A stretch of 48,091 nucleotides of DNA from SAR86 cluster bacterium (GCA_016779505.1 JADHNM010000002.1:1-48091); one strand, 5' to 3'. Shown: positions 1 through 10,365, counted from the stretch's first letter. Translations and numbers: made by a program. The notes: generated by a model from the sequence alone, not told the origin.

Positions 1-126
1 AGATTCCTACGCGTTACTCACCCGTCCGCCGCTCTACTCATATCCGAAGATACTTTCTCGCACGACTTGCATGTGTTAAGCCTACCGCCAGCGTTCAATC
101 TGAGCCATGATCAAACTCTTCAATTA
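1..126 (-). rRNA. rrs: 16S ribosomal RNA, 5' end only (gene continues beyond the left edge)
   Basis: Reverse complement reads TAATTGAAGAGTTTGATCATGGCTCAGATTGAACGCTGGCGGTAGGCTTAACACATGCAAGTCG...GGCGGACGGGTGAGTAACGCGTAGGAATCT. This is the universal 8-27 region plus the ATTGAACGCTGGCGG and GACGGGTGAGTAA blocks typical of Gammaproteobacteria. The mature 5' end is placed by analogy with E. coli AAATTGAAGAGTTTG, give or take a few nt. Confidence 0.95.
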
Positions 127-138
127 AAATCATGTTGT

Positions 139-166
139 GTTACTTTTATCAAATATTAAAAGTAAC
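139..166 (-). repeat. Perfect 10-bp inverted repeat (hairpin) in the 16S leader
   Basis: Minus strand reads GTTACTTTTA-ATATTTGA-TAAAAGTAAC: 10/10 complementary arms and an 8-nt loop, ending about 12 nt before the 16S 5' end. The repeat is certain; its function (processing or leader structure) is inferred. Confidence 0.5.
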
Positions 167-216
167 TAAAAATATATATATCTCGTATTTTGAACACCCA
201 CACGAGTAACCAAATA

Positions 217-253
217 TGTTAAAAAAACTTGCCGACTCTGGGCCGGAACGAAG
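217..253 (-). promoter_or_regulatory. GC-rich hairpin + T7 + TTTAACA: either a boxB/boxA-like rrn antitermination element or the ilvC intrinsic terminator
   Basis: Minus strand reads CTT-CGTT-CCGGC-CCAGA-GTCGG-C-AAG-TTTTTTTAACA. It has a 5-bp core stem with one G-U pair and a 3-bp outer stem, and is the only GC-rich patch in the spacer. TTTAACA equals the core of E. coli boxA (GCTCTTTAACAA). Confidence 0.3.
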
Positions 254-254
254 A

Positions 255-282
255 ATTGTATACCCTTAGTTGTAAATATCAA
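255..282 (-). promoter_or_regulatory. Candidate sigma70 promoter for the rRNA operon
   Basis: Minus strand reads TTGATA (282-277), a 16-nt spacer, then TACAAT (260-255), starting 12 nt after the ilvC stop. A 16-bp spacer is also typical of E. coli rrn P1. Sequence match only, and chance matches are common in AT-rich DNA. Confidence 0.4.
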
Positions 283-294
283 CTAGTTTCATCA

Positions 295-1350
<1,056 letters not shown>

Positions 1351-1830
1351 CTAAATTTTTAAAATCTTTTCACCTTCATGCAATCCTATGCTTCCAGATC
1401 TAGCAATCTCAAGAAGATTTGCTTTACCAATAGCTTTAATTGCAATGTCGATATCACCAGATGGGCCCCAGGCAGACATCACCATGACATCTTTATTCTT
1501 CTCATGAATTTTTCCATTTAATCCCTTAAGAATTTTTTGTATTTTTTCACTTTGGCGAAACTTAATCATGATAAATTCATATTCATGGTGATCGCCCTCT
1601 GTTAAATCAGAAACTTTAATCACATCTATAATTTTATTAATTTGTTTTGTAATTTGCTCAACATCATTCTCTGAGCCTCGAGTAGTCACTGACATTCTGG
1701 AATAAGTACCATCAAATACAGGTCCGACATTTAGAGTTTCAATGTTATAGCCACGTTGATGAAATAGGCCAACTACACGCGCAAGAGCTCCAGGCTTATT
1801 TTCAATTAATATTGATATGATTCTTTTCAT
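1351..1830 (-). CDS. ilvH: Acetolactate synthase small (regulatory) subunit
   Basis: 159 aa. The ACT-domain start ISILIENKPGALARVVGLF is typical of AHAS small subunits. It overlaps the large-subunit gene by 4 nt. Confidence 0.92.
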   Translation of the reverse strand: MKRIISILIENKPGALARVVGLFHQRGYNIETLNVGPVFDGTYSRMSVTTRGSENDVEQITKQINKIIDVIKVSDLTEGDHHEYEFIMIKFRQSEKIQKILKGLNGKIHEKNKDVMVMSAWGPSGDIDIAIKAIGKANLLEIARSGSIGLHEGEKILKI

Positions 1831-3563
1831 GCTTTGGTATTTTTTTTAATCCACATATCCTTCATGCTGCCATTAGGAGAAACCAACATAGGGTAGACAT
1901 GCTCATTCGGGTCAACATATACATCAATAAAAACCAGTCTATCTTTCATGGCAAAAGCTTTATCCAAGGTTTTCTTGAGCTGAGATTGCTGGGTAACCTT
2001 CATTCCAACATGCCCATAAGATTGCGCAAGCTTTACAAAATCTGGCAAAGAATCTGAATATGTGCTTGCTGAGTGTCTTCCTCCATAATTCATATCCTGC
2101 CACTGCCTTACCATTCCTAGCGCCTCATTATTAATATTAATAATTTTTATAGGCAGGTTGTATTGCAAACAAGTTGATAGCTCTTGAATGCACATCTGAA
2201 TGCTGCCTTCGCCGGTAACGCACACAACCTCTTGCTTGGGAAATGCAAGCTTAACTCCCATGGCCGCAGGAAGACCAAAACCCATAGTGCCTAGCCCCCC
2301 AGAATTAATCCATCTTCGAGGTTTATTGAAATGATAATATTGAGCAACAAACATTTGATGTTGGCCAACATCTGATGTGACAAAAGCATTGCCTTGGGTG
2401 GCATGATATAGCTCTTGCACAACAACTTGTGGGGCAATCATTGAAGATTTTATTTTACTTAAATATAGATCATGGTCTAAGCCATGTTTTGCACGCCATT
2501 GAGAAATTTGCATATTCCAATTGTCCACAGCTTCTGAATCAATTTTAATTTTTGAACGTTTAATTTCTTTTATCAGCGCAAGAAGAGATTCCTTAACCTG
2601 TCCAACTATTGGTATGTCTGCATTAATAATTTTAGAAATTGAGGCAGGATCTACATCAATATGAACAATCTTCGCGTCTGGAGCAAACATTGATGGGGTA
2701 TTTGTAATTCGATCATCAAACCTCGCACCAATTGCAATAATAACGTCTGCATTATGCATCGCCATATTTGCTTGATAAGTCCCATGCATACCAAGCATTC
2801 CCATGAAATATTTATCTTTGGCAGGGTATGCTCCAAGCCCCATCAAAGTATTAGTTACAGGCGCTTTAAGTATTTTATTAAGAGCAATGAGCTCCTTATG
2901 AGCATTTCCTAAAATAACTCCACCGCCAGCATAAATCACTGGACGCTCTGCAGACAAAATCTTCTTGCAAGCTTTTTTAATTTGGCCTGGATGAGGAAGC
3001 ACTCTTGGTTGATATGAGCGTAAAAATATCTCTTTAGCTCTTTTGTATTCGTAAAGCTTGGAAGGGTCAGTTTTATCTTTTGGAATATCTATAACTACAG
3101 GACCAGGTCTGCCTGTTGTTGCTATGTAAAAAGCTTCTTGAATAATCCTGGGAATTTCTTGGGTATTTTTGACTATGAAACTATGCTTCACAATTGGTCG
3201 AGAGATTCCAATCATATCTGTTTCTTGGAATGAATCCGTGCCAATTAAATGACTTTGTACCTGACCAGAAATAACAACGAGCGGAATTGAATCCATATAA
3301 GCAGTAGCAATCCCTGTTATTGCATTGGTTGCACCAGGCCCTGAAGTAACCAAGGCTACTCCTGGCTTTCCCGTTGCCCTAGAATAACCATCTGCGGCAT
3401 GAGTAGCTCCTTGTTCATGACGGACTAAAATATGCTCGCATGCGTTCTGTTTAAAAATTGAATCATAGATGTGCAAAGCTGCGCCGCCTGGGTAGCCAAA
3501 AATAAATTTAACTCCCTCATCTTTGAGAGCGCGCATTAACAGATCTCCGCCTGAAAGTTTCAT
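1827..3563 (-). CDS. ilvI: Acetolactate synthase large (catalytic) subunit
   Basis: 578 aa. ThDP-dependent enzyme with the GGLGTMGFGLPAAMG ThDP-binding motif and the FGYPGGA N-terminus of AHAS. Confidence 0.93.
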   Translation of the reverse strand: MKLSGGDLLMRALKDEGVKFIFGYPGGAALHIYDSIFKQNACEHILVRHEQGATHAADGYSRATGKPGVALVTSGPGATNAITGIATAYMDSIPLVVISGQVQSHLIGTDSFQETDMIGISRPIVKHSFIVKNTQEIPRIIQEAFYIATTGRPGPVVIDIPKDKTDPSKLYEYKRAKEIFLRSYQPRVLPHPGQIKKACKKILSAERPVIYAGGGVILGNAHKELIALNKILKAPVTNTLMGLGAYPAKDKYFMGMLGMHGTYQANMAMHNADVIIAIGARFDDRITNTPSMFAPDAKIVHIDVDPASISKIINADIPIVGQVKESLLALIKEIKRSKIKIDSEAVDNWNMQISQWRAKHGLDHDLYLSKIKSSMIAPQVVVQELYHATQGNAFVTSDVGQHQMFVAQYYHFNKPRRWINSGGLGTMGFGLPAAMGVKLAFPKQEVVCVTGEGSIQMCIQELSTCLQYNLPIKIININNEALGMVRQWQDMNYGGRHSASTYSDSLPDFVKLAQSYGHVGMKVTQQSQLKKTLDKAFAMKDRLVFIDVYVDPNEHVYPMLVSPNGSMKDMWIKKNTKA

Positions 3564-3576
3564 GAATTCAAGATAT

Positions 3577-3590
3577 TTACTTTAAAGTAA
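3577..3590. promoter_or_regulatory. Perfect 14-bp palindrome TTACTTTAAAGTAA upstream of ilvI (candidate operator or 5'-UTR hairpin)
   Basis: The sequence is its own reverse complement. It lies 14-27 nt upstream of the ilvI ATG and just downstream of a TTGTTT-16 nt-TATAAA promoter-like match (minus strand, 3623-3596). Confidence 0.3.
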
Positions 3591-3654
3591 GGGGTTTTAT
3601 ACATTAATTGTGATTAAAAACAAGTTTTTTGGCTGATTTGAAAGGCTTTGTAGG

Positions 3655-4578
3655 TTATTCCATCTCTTTGATCAAAGATTGCATGTCTTCTGGAAGATCT
3701 GCTTCAAATTCAAAGAAACTGTCGCCTTTGATTGCAGGAAATCTGATCTTAGAGGCATGTAATGCTTGTCGAGGAAAATTTTGAATATGAGTTATTAAAG
3801 TTTCAGGAGTATTTTTCGCAATAAGATTTCTTGGGTTATACAATCCATCACCAATTATGGGAAGCTTTTGATTGCTTAAATGCACTCTAATTTGATGGGT
3901 TCTTCCAGTTTCAATCACTATAGAAATATGAGAATAACCTTCGTAGAATTTTATTAAAGAAACATGAGAAAGAGCATCTCTTCCAAGATCAGCAACTCTC
4001 ATTTTTACTCTATTCCGTGGATCTCTTTCAATGGGATGCTCTATAGAAAAACTACCTATAACTTGTCCAACAACCAATGCCTCATATTGTTTGAAAACTT
4101 CCCTTTCTTGAAGCTTATTAACAAAAAAATTTCTAAATTTTTCATTTTTTGCAATTACTAACAATCCAGAGGTATCTTTATCTAACCGATGAACTATCCC
4201 ACAGCGTGGCAGTTGTTTTAATGCTGGGAAATGAAATGCCAAAGCATTTGCCAGAGTGCCATCATGACATCCTGCTCCTGGATGCATAACCAATCCTGGT
4301 GACTTATTAATGATTAAAAAATCCTCCTCTTCATGAAAGATATTTATAGCTATATCTTCTCCCTCCCAAGACACCCTGTTCTCAAACACTGGGTCCAAAG
4401 AAATCTCATCGCCAGTATGCACTTTATCTTTTGCTTTAAGAATTTCACCATTCACCAATAGGTTCCCTTGCAATATCCATCTTTGAATTTGACTGCGTGA
4501 ATAATCTGCAAATAAAAAAGTTGCAGCTTGGTCTAATCTAGAATTATGCTGCTCTTCATTAATATTTTTTTGGATCAT
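3655..4578 (-). CDS. rluD: 23S rRNA pseudouridine synthase, RluD type
   Basis: 307 aa with an S4-like N-terminus and the HRLDKDTSGLL catalytic-Asp motif of the RluA/RluD family. It is divergent from bamD, as in many Gammaproteobacteria. Confidence 0.88.
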   Translation of the reverse strand: MIQKNINEEQHNSRLDQAATFLFADYSRSQIQRWILQGNLLVNGEILKAKDKVHTGDEISLDPVFENRVSWEGEDIAINIFHEEEDFLIINKSPGLVMHPGAGCHDGTLANALAFHFPALKQLPRCGIVHRLDKDTSGLLVIAKNEKFRNFFVNKLQEREVFKQYEALVVGQVIGSFSIEHPIERDPRNRVKMRVADLGRDALSHVSLIKFYEGYSHISIVIETGRTHQIRVHLSNQKLPIIGDGLYNPRNLIAKNTPETLITHIQNFPRQALHASKIRFPAIKGDSFFEFEADLPEDMQSLIKEME

Positions 4579-4667
4579 ATGCCTAATCTAAAAACTTTTT
4601 TACTATCTTACAATCTAAAGTAATTGAATTAACCCAAATGCTTGAATAAATGTAAAATACAGTACCG

Positions 4668-5483
4668 ATGATACAAATAAAGAAATATTTACGAGTTAAT
4701 TTAGCAATTGCAATTATTCTTCCGCTATTAATAGCAAGTTGTAATTCCGATGCACCAGTGATGGAGCGACCTGAAAAGGTTTATTACGATACCGCTCAGA
4801 GAAGAATGAAAGCAAATAATTTCTATTCTGCTATTGAGTCTCTGGAGGCCATTGAAGCCAGGTATCCCTTTGGCAGATATGCAGAGCAAGCTCAATCAGA
4901 ACTAATTTATGCGTATTTCATGAATGGTGAAGATGAAGCTGCGCATGAAGCTGCTGAAAAATTTATTCGCCTTAATCCCAGACATCCAAATATTGACTAT
5001 GCATACTTTATGAGAGGTATTGCCAGCTACACTAGAGACAAAGGAATGTTTGCAAGAATATTTAAGTCTGACCTTTCCAATAGAGATATCTCAGGAGCAA
5101 AACAAGCCTTTGGTGAACTATCTGAATTTTTAACTCGATTTCCTCAAAGTCAGTATGCTCCATATGCTTCGCAGAGATTGATATATTTAAGAAGTTTAAT
5201 TGCAAAAAATGAATTAGTTGCTGCTGAATATTATCTGAAAAGAAAGGCATATGTGGCTGCACTTCGAAGAGCTAAGTATGTAATTGAAAATATTCCTAAT
5301 TCCTCTGAAACCATGAGAGCATTAAAAATTATTAGAGAATGTTATCAAGCCCTTGGTTATTTCGAATTAATGGAAGATGTAGAAAGCGTAATTAAAGTTA
5401 ATGGAGGCTCAATAATTGAAAATTCTGAACCTTCCTCATGGAATTTCTTTTCAAGAAAAGCCCCTCGACCAAATCAAAACTAA
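4668..5483 (+). CDS. bamD: Outer-membrane protein assembly factor BamD (TPR lipoprotein)
   Basis: 271 aa with a signal peptide, lipobox LLIASC and TPR-like helical repeats. It sits in the conserved position divergent from rluD. Confidence 0.88.
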   Translation: MIQIKKYLRVNLAIAIILPLLIASCNSDAPVMERPEKVYYDTAQRRMKANNFYSAIESLEAIEARYPFGRYAEQAQSELIYAYFMNGEDEAAHEAAEKFIRLNPRHPNIDYAYFMRGIASYTRDKGMFARIFKSDLSNRDISGAKQAFGELSEFLTRFPQSQYAPYASQRLIYLRSLIAKNELVAAEYYLKRKAYVAALRRAKYVIENIPNSSETMRALKIIRECYQALGYFELMEDVESVIKVNGGSIIENSEPSSWNFFSRKAPRPNQN

Positions 5484-5490
5484 TTTCATC

Positions 5491-6702
5491 CTAAGAGATA
5501 ATTGAATACAGCTCTTGTGTCAGAAGATTGCTGGTACGGTACATTTCATTTGGGCTATGTTGCTGATTGCATGTAAATCCATACCCTATACCTTTATCGG
5601 GATCACCAAATGCAACTGCGCCTCCAACACCAGCATGACCAAACATTTTGTTATTAAAAGTTGGAGCAATATTTCCCATCACAGCTATTCCTTGAGCCAG
5701 CTCATAACCAAGTCCAAATTTTATTGGAGCTCCAAATAGCACAGAATCAGGACCGCTGGAATGAGGAGTGATAGCTTGGTGAAGCGAAGCCTCACTCATA
5801 ATAGAGATTTCATCCCTGGTGCAACCATTACTCAAAATACCATATAGCCTTGCCAAACTTTCAGCAGTCCCATGTCCGTTTGCTGAAGGAATTTCTGCCT
5901 TTCGCCAATCAAGAGAATTCACATAATTAGCATCATCTTCCTCTCTTTCTTGAAAGGCCTCTTGAAAATCTCCACTTATTAAAGCTTCTTTAAAATTTTG
6001 GAGTTTTGCTGGCAAGAAAAAGTTTGGGACATATCTCAAAAACTGTCCTGGAAGTTTTATGCTATCTCTCTCCATCATTAGCATATCTGCGCATCTCGCA
6101 AATTCTTTTTCATCAAGACCGATGTGAAAGTCTATCTCAAGTGGAGCTGCTATTTCTTCATGAAAGTATTGCCCAACAGAACGACCATCTACTCTCCTAA
6201 TCAATTCGCCAACCAACCAACCAAATGTTAATGCGTGGTATCCCTGAGAGATGCCCGGCTTTCTATAGGGAGCTTGTGATTGTAAGTGTTGAACAAACTT
6301 ATCCCAATCTTGAAATGAACCTTGGGGAATGCCTCCTTGAAATCCAAACATTGCAGCTCTGTGACATAACAAATCACTCACTTTCGTATCTTCTTTGCCA
6401 TTGCAGCTATATTCAGGCCAGTAATATCCAACTTTCTCAGCTGGATCGAGTTTACCTTGGTCAATTAATCTAGATATGCATGTTGCTGTAATGCCTTTAG
6501 TGACTGAGAAGACATTTACAAGAGTATCTTCCGTCCATTCTTTGGTCTTATTAAAATCTTGATGCCCACCCCACAAATTTATAATTATTTTACCTTGATG
6601 CTCAATCGCCAATCCTGCTCCTGTTTCAAACCCACTCTCTATGGAATTGTAAAAAGCATCATAAACATTTTGAAATTTAGGATCACAATAACCTTTAATC
6701 AT
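5491..6702 (-). CDS. Beta-lactamase-fold serine hydrolase (family VIII esterase / EstB-like), cytoplasmic
   Basis: SVTKG (SxxK) nucleophile motif and no signal peptide. I chose the start at the internal Met (MIKGYCDPKF) rather than 6759. This start overlaps the upstream symporter stop by 8 nt (CATGATTAA). Confidence 0.8.
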   Translation of the reverse strand: MIKGYCDPKFQNVYDAFYNSIESGFETGAGLAIEHQGKIIINLWGGHQDFNKTKEWTEDTLVNVFSVTKGITATCISRLIDQGKLDPAEKVGYYWPEYSCNGKEDTKVSDLLCHRAAMFGFQGGIPQGSFQDWDKFVQHLQSQAPYRKPGISQGYHALTFGWLVGELIRRVDGRSVGQYFHEEIAAPLEIDFHIGLDEKEFARCADMLMMERDSIKLPGQFLRYVPNFFLPAKLQNFKEALISGDFQEAFQEREEDDANYVNSLDWRKAEIPSANGHGTAESLARLYGILSNGCTRDEISIMSEASLHQAITPHSSGPDSVLFGAPIKFGLGYELAQGIAVMGNIAPTFNNKMFGHAGVGGAVAFGDPDKGIGYGFTCNQQHSPNEMYRTSNLLTQELYSIIS

Positions 6703-8218
6703 GACTCGACCTGTAATTTTGTATCTCCCCACTGTGCAATCTTTTTTGATAATTAACAAGTTCGCTTTTAATCACAGGAGCCAAGACATAAAGACCAAAA
6801 ATATTTGGAATGGCTGTAATAAAAATTAAAGCATCAGAAAAATCTAGCACTGCACTCAAATTAATCATGCAGCCTAGGGCTATAAAAAAACAAAAAGATA
6901 TTTTAAAGAAATTTTCTGCCCAAATTGATTCTCCAATGATATATGTCCAGCCTTTTAAGCCGTAATAAGACCATGAAAGAATTGTTGAAAATGCAAACAA
7001 TATCGCGATAAATGAAAGAGGTAAAACTGACCAGCTTAAAGTGCTGCTAAAAGCTTGAGAAGTCAAAGCGATGCCCTGAATTCCCTCATTTGCCATTGCA
7101 GGCTCATAGACTGTCGTTAAAATTACTAAAGCTGTAAGAGTGCAGATCACGACAGTATCAATAAAAGGCTCCATCAGACCAACGAAACCCTCAGTAACCG
7201 GTTCTTTTGTTTTAACAGTGGCATGGGCTATTGCAGCAGAACCAATGCCTGCCTCGTTTGAAAATGCTGCTCTTTGAAAGCCTAGGATCATGATGCCTAA
7301 CATTCCTCCGCTCATGGCGCTTGGATTAAATGCTTCTGTTAAAATCGCTGAGATAGCCCATGGAACTTTATGAGCATTCAAAATGACAACAAGTAAAGCG
7401 CCTATGACATAAGTGAGCGTCATGAATGGCACTAACTTAGAAGTAACTCGGGCAATCCCTTTAATTCCGCCAATGATCACTAACGCAACTATTCCAGCTA
7501 AGATGAAGCCAAAAAGCCAGCCCTTATCAACAAAAAAGCTAGCATCTCCACCTGTGATAAAAACGAATTGCTGAAAAGCTTGATTAGATTGAAACATGTT
7601 TCCTATGCCCAAGCACCCGACTACTATGGCCATCGCATAAAATAACCCCATTGGCTTAGCAAGCCAAGATAAGTTTCTCTGACGCAAGCCAGTTTCTAGA
7701 TAATACATAGGACCACCAGAAATACTTCCATCTGGGTTAACTTTTCTATACATGACACCTGCTACACATTCTGCAAATTTTGTAGACATGCCCAAAAAGC
7801 CAGCAACAATTAACCAAAATGTAGCCCCTGGACCACCAATGGATATAACGATTGCTACTCCAGCAATATTTCCTATTCCCACAGTTCCAGAAACAGCTGT
7901 TGATAATGCCTGAAAATGGGTCAACTCTCCTTCATTATCAGGTTTAGAGTAATCTCCTCGCAATATTTGAAAGGCATGTTTAAATCCTCGAAGATTTAAA
8001 AAATTAAAGTAAATGGTAAAAAAAATAGCTGCGCCAATTAACCATAAAACTATCAACGGCAAAGAAGCTTCAAAAATTTTAACCTCATAAAAAATAAAGC
8101 CGGATAAAAAATCTGTTAATGGCTGGATAGCATTATTAATTGAAGCATCAATTCCGGTTGCTGATACAGGTATTGAAATTATTGCTGCAAGGCAAAAAAT
8201 AAGTCTATTGCTTTTCAT
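6695..8218 (-). CDS. Alanine/glycine:cation symporter (AGCS family)
   Basis: 507 aa, polytopic membrane protein. The GGPGATFWLIVAGFLGMSTKFAE region and overall pattern match sodium:alanine symporter family proteins. Confidence 0.88.
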   Translation of the reverse strand: MKSNRLIFCLAAIISIPVSATGIDASINNAIQPLTDFLSGFIFYEVKIFEASLPLIVLWLIGAAIFFTIYFNFLNLRGFKHAFQILRGDYSKPDNEGELTHFQALSTAVSGTVGIGNIAGVAIVISIGGPGATFWLIVAGFLGMSTKFAECVAGVMYRKVNPDGSISGGPMYYLETGLRQRNLSWLAKPMGLFYAMAIVVGCLGIGNMFQSNQAFQQFVFITGGDASFFVDKGWLFGFILAGIVALVIIGGIKGIARVTSKLVPFMTLTYVIGALLVVILNAHKVPWAISAILTEAFNPSAMSGGMLGIMILGFQRAAFSNEAGIGSAAIAHATVKTKEPVTEGFVGLMEPFIDTVVICTLTALVILTTVYEPAMANEGIQGIALTSQAFSSTLSWSVLPLSFIAILFAFSTILSWSYYGLKGWTYIIGESIWAENFFKISFCFFIALGCMINLSAVLDFSDALIFITAIPNIFGLYVLAPVIKSELVNYQKRLHSGEIQNYRSSHD

Positions 8219-8253
8219 GAATTGAATATACTACATTAGGAAAAATAATATTT

Positions 8254-8955
8254 ATGAAAATAGGAATCCTTAACTCAGATACAGTTCAAATTGATGGAGC
8301 CATGGAATTTGGTCAATATCCTGAGATGTTTTCAAAAGTGTTTTGGGATGTGGACCCTAATATTCAGTTCAAAACATACGAAGTTCAATTTGATAACTAT
8401 CCCTCTGACATCAATGAATGCGATGCTTATTTAATCACTGGGAGTAAATCCAGCTCTTATGATGATATTGAATGGATACACAATCTTAAAAAATTTATTC
8501 AAGCCCTTCATGAAAATAAAAAGAAGTTGATAGGGGTTTGTTTTGGTCATCAGATAATTGCAGAAGCACTGGGGGGCTCTGTAAGAAAATCTCCTGATGG
8601 ATGGCACGCAGGTGTTGATTCGATATCCTTAAATAGCAATGCTCTTATATATGGAGACGAGGGTAAAAATTATAATTTAGTTTTTAGCCATCAAGACGAA
8701 GTTGAAAAACTTCCAGAAAATGCAACTTTAATCGCGGGATCAGCAAATTGTCCTATTGGTATGTTTGTAATTGACAATCATATTATATGCACCCAAGGCC
8801 ATATTGAGTTAGATAAAAAATTTGCAAGGATGATATATGATTTCAGAAAAGAGCAAATTGGAAATACTACATATCAAAATGCTTGTCACACCTTGGCTAT
8901 AAAAACCGATGAACTTGAGGTGACAAAAAATCTATTGAAATTTCTAAGAAGTTAA
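8254..8955 (+). CDS. Class I glutamine amidotransferase-like protein (stand-alone GATase domain)
   Basis: 233 aa with the GVCFGHQ nucleophile elbow and a C-terminal GHIE His/Glu pair, as in GuaA-type GATase domains. The acceptor domain and substrate are unknown. Confidence 0.75.
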   Translation: MKIGILNSDTVQIDGAMEFGQYPEMFSKVFWDVDPNIQFKTYEVQFDNYPSDINECDAYLITGSKSSSYDDIEWIHNLKKFIQALHENKKKLIGVCFGHQIIAEALGGSVRKSPDGWHAGVDSISLNSNALIYGDEGKNYNLVFSHQDEVEKLPENATLIAGSANCPIGMFVIDNHIICTQGHIELDKKFARMIYDFRKEQIGNTTYQNACHTLAIKTDELEVTKNLLKFLRS

Positions 8956-8956
8956 C

Positions 8957-9781
8957 CTAATAAGGTTTATCGCCATCAATTGCTACTCTTTGAAGTAGTC
9001 TGTGAGAGGGAAAGTAATCATTGATTGGTTTATGTTGAGTGCTTCGATTATCCCAAATAGCAATTGAATTTGGCTCCCATTTAAAACGGCATGTATATTC
9101 CGCTGTAATTACATGATCATACAAAAACTGTAATATTGCAGAGCTTTCTTTTGTAGGCAGTCCAATAATTTTTGTGGTAAATAATGCATTCACAAAAATC
9201 ACTTTTTGATTGCTTTCTGGATGAATCCTAATAACTGGATGTTGGACAGGGGGATTGTCTTCTACGGCTTTTGCTAAACGCTCTTTTCCACCTGGCTCAG
9301 CCAAACTTTCTTTGAAGCCATAACTGAAATCATGCTCTGCTTCTAAGTTAGAAAGAAATTTCTGCATATCTTTTGATAAGCCATTATATGCAGCGGTCAT
9401 GCTTGCCCACATGGTATCACCGCCTTTTGGTGGGCAAATTTTTGATCTTAAAACAGAGCCCAGGGGTGGGTGTTTTCGAAAAGTCATGTCTGAATGCCAC
9501 ACCTCTATTTTAGAGGGTTTTTCAGGCGTACTTTCTAAGATAGTAATTTCTGGAAATCCATCAACTGTTTCATATGCAGGATGAGTTTGAACTGGTCCGA
9601 AAGACTCAGCAAGTGCTTTGTGTTGAGCTGGGGATATATCTTGGTCTCTAAAAAAAATAACCTGATATTCTACGAGCAATCTTCTAATTTCGGCATAAAC
9701 CTCTTCAGATAGATCTTGGCATAGATCTACTCCATTCAATTCTGCCCCTAGGGCTGCTGCGATTGGCTTTACTTCAAACAT
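8957..9781 (-). CDS. TauD/TfdA-family Fe(II)/2-oxoglutarate dioxygenase
   Basis: 274 aa with the WHSDMTF (HxD) iron motif, a distal His in STQHKP, and a terminal RLLQRV. The substrate cannot be assigned from sequence. Confidence 0.85.
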   Translation of the reverse strand: MFEVKPIAAALGAELNGVDLCQDLSEEVYAEIRRLLVEYQVIFFRDQDISPAQHKALAESFGPVQTHPAYETVDGFPEITILESTPEKPSKIEVWHSDMTFRKHPPLGSVLRSKICPPKGGDTMWASMTAAYNGLSKDMQKFLSNLEAEHDFSYGFKESLAEPGGKERLAKAVEDNPPVQHPVIRIHPESNQKVIFVNALFTTKIIGLPTKESSAILQFLYDHVITAEYTCRFKWEPNSIAIWDNRSTQHKPINDYFPSHRLLQRVAIDGDKPY

Positions 9782-9810
9782 AGATAATTAAAAATTTACG
9801 TCTTTTCAGT

Positions 9811-10335
9811 TTAATCCTTTAACTCACTATCAATCAAGACTGCTATTAGTAATGCCGGCTCATCCCCATGATTAACCCAAGCGTGATTAGTGCCTCTTTG
9901 CACAACAGTATCAAATGGCTCAAGCCTTACTTCTTCCTCATCAAGCAACAGGCTAACATCGCCTTTTAATAAGATAATGTAATCTATCGTATCTGTTTTA
10001 TGCATTGCAGGATGTTTTGAAGTGTCAATCCTGTGATGAGCTGCGCCTATTCGATCAAAGGCCTGAGCTGCGAGATCTTGCAACACATCCCAAGGAACAC
10101 CTTCAGGAGTTGGATTAATCTGAAAATATCTAAATTTAGTTCCATTGGCAGGAGGCGATAAAATTATTTCTGAGTCCGCCCTATCTTGATTATCGGTAGT
10201 ATCAATTGGCATGCCATCAGTATTCCAAATTTCAAATAGGCCTCCAACATCCTCACCTATTGAGCGTGCAGGCGGACCATCAATTGTAATAACAGATTTA
10301 CCAGATTCATTATGACCAGTAACTATTCTTCTCAT
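9811..10335 (-). CDS. Cupin-fold protein
   Basis: 174 aa with a C-terminal cupin barrel (DYIILLKGDVSLLLD...RGTNHAWVN). An AAGGA Shine-Dalgarno lies 6 nt before the ATG. Function unknown. Confidence 0.7.
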   Translation of the reverse strand: MRRIVTGHNESGKSVITIDGPPARSIGEDVGGLFEIWNTDGMPIDTTDNQDRADSEIILSPPANGTKFRYFQINPTPEGVPWDVLQDLAAQAFDRIGAAHHRIDTSKHPAMHKTDTIDYIILLKGDVSLLLDEEEVRLEPFDTVVQRGTNHAWVNHGDEPALLIAVLIDSELKD

Positions 10336-10365
10336 ATTAATTCCTTTTTATAAATTGCTATCAAT

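Noticed and set aside
172-181. (AT)5 microsatellite in the rRNA leader.
   Set aside because: It is too short and too typical of AT-rich intergenic DNA to be called a repeat feature or a phase-variation tract.
221-253. Reading the GC hairpin plus T7 simply as the ilvC intrinsic terminator.
   Set aside because: Not fully rejected. However, the best promoter match lies upstream of the hairpin, and the T-run flows into a boxA-like TTTAACA. A pure-terminator reading would kill rRNA transcripts from that promoter. It is kept as an ambiguous regulatory element.
6703-6759. 5' extension of the serine-hydrolase ORF (MLIIKKDCTVGRYKITGRV...), which would overlap the symporter gene by 65 nt.
   Set aside because: The family alignment, as I recall it, begins near MIKGYCDPKF. 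The internal ATG sits in a classic stop/start overlap (CATGATTAA) with the upstream gene, so the shorter start is more plausible.
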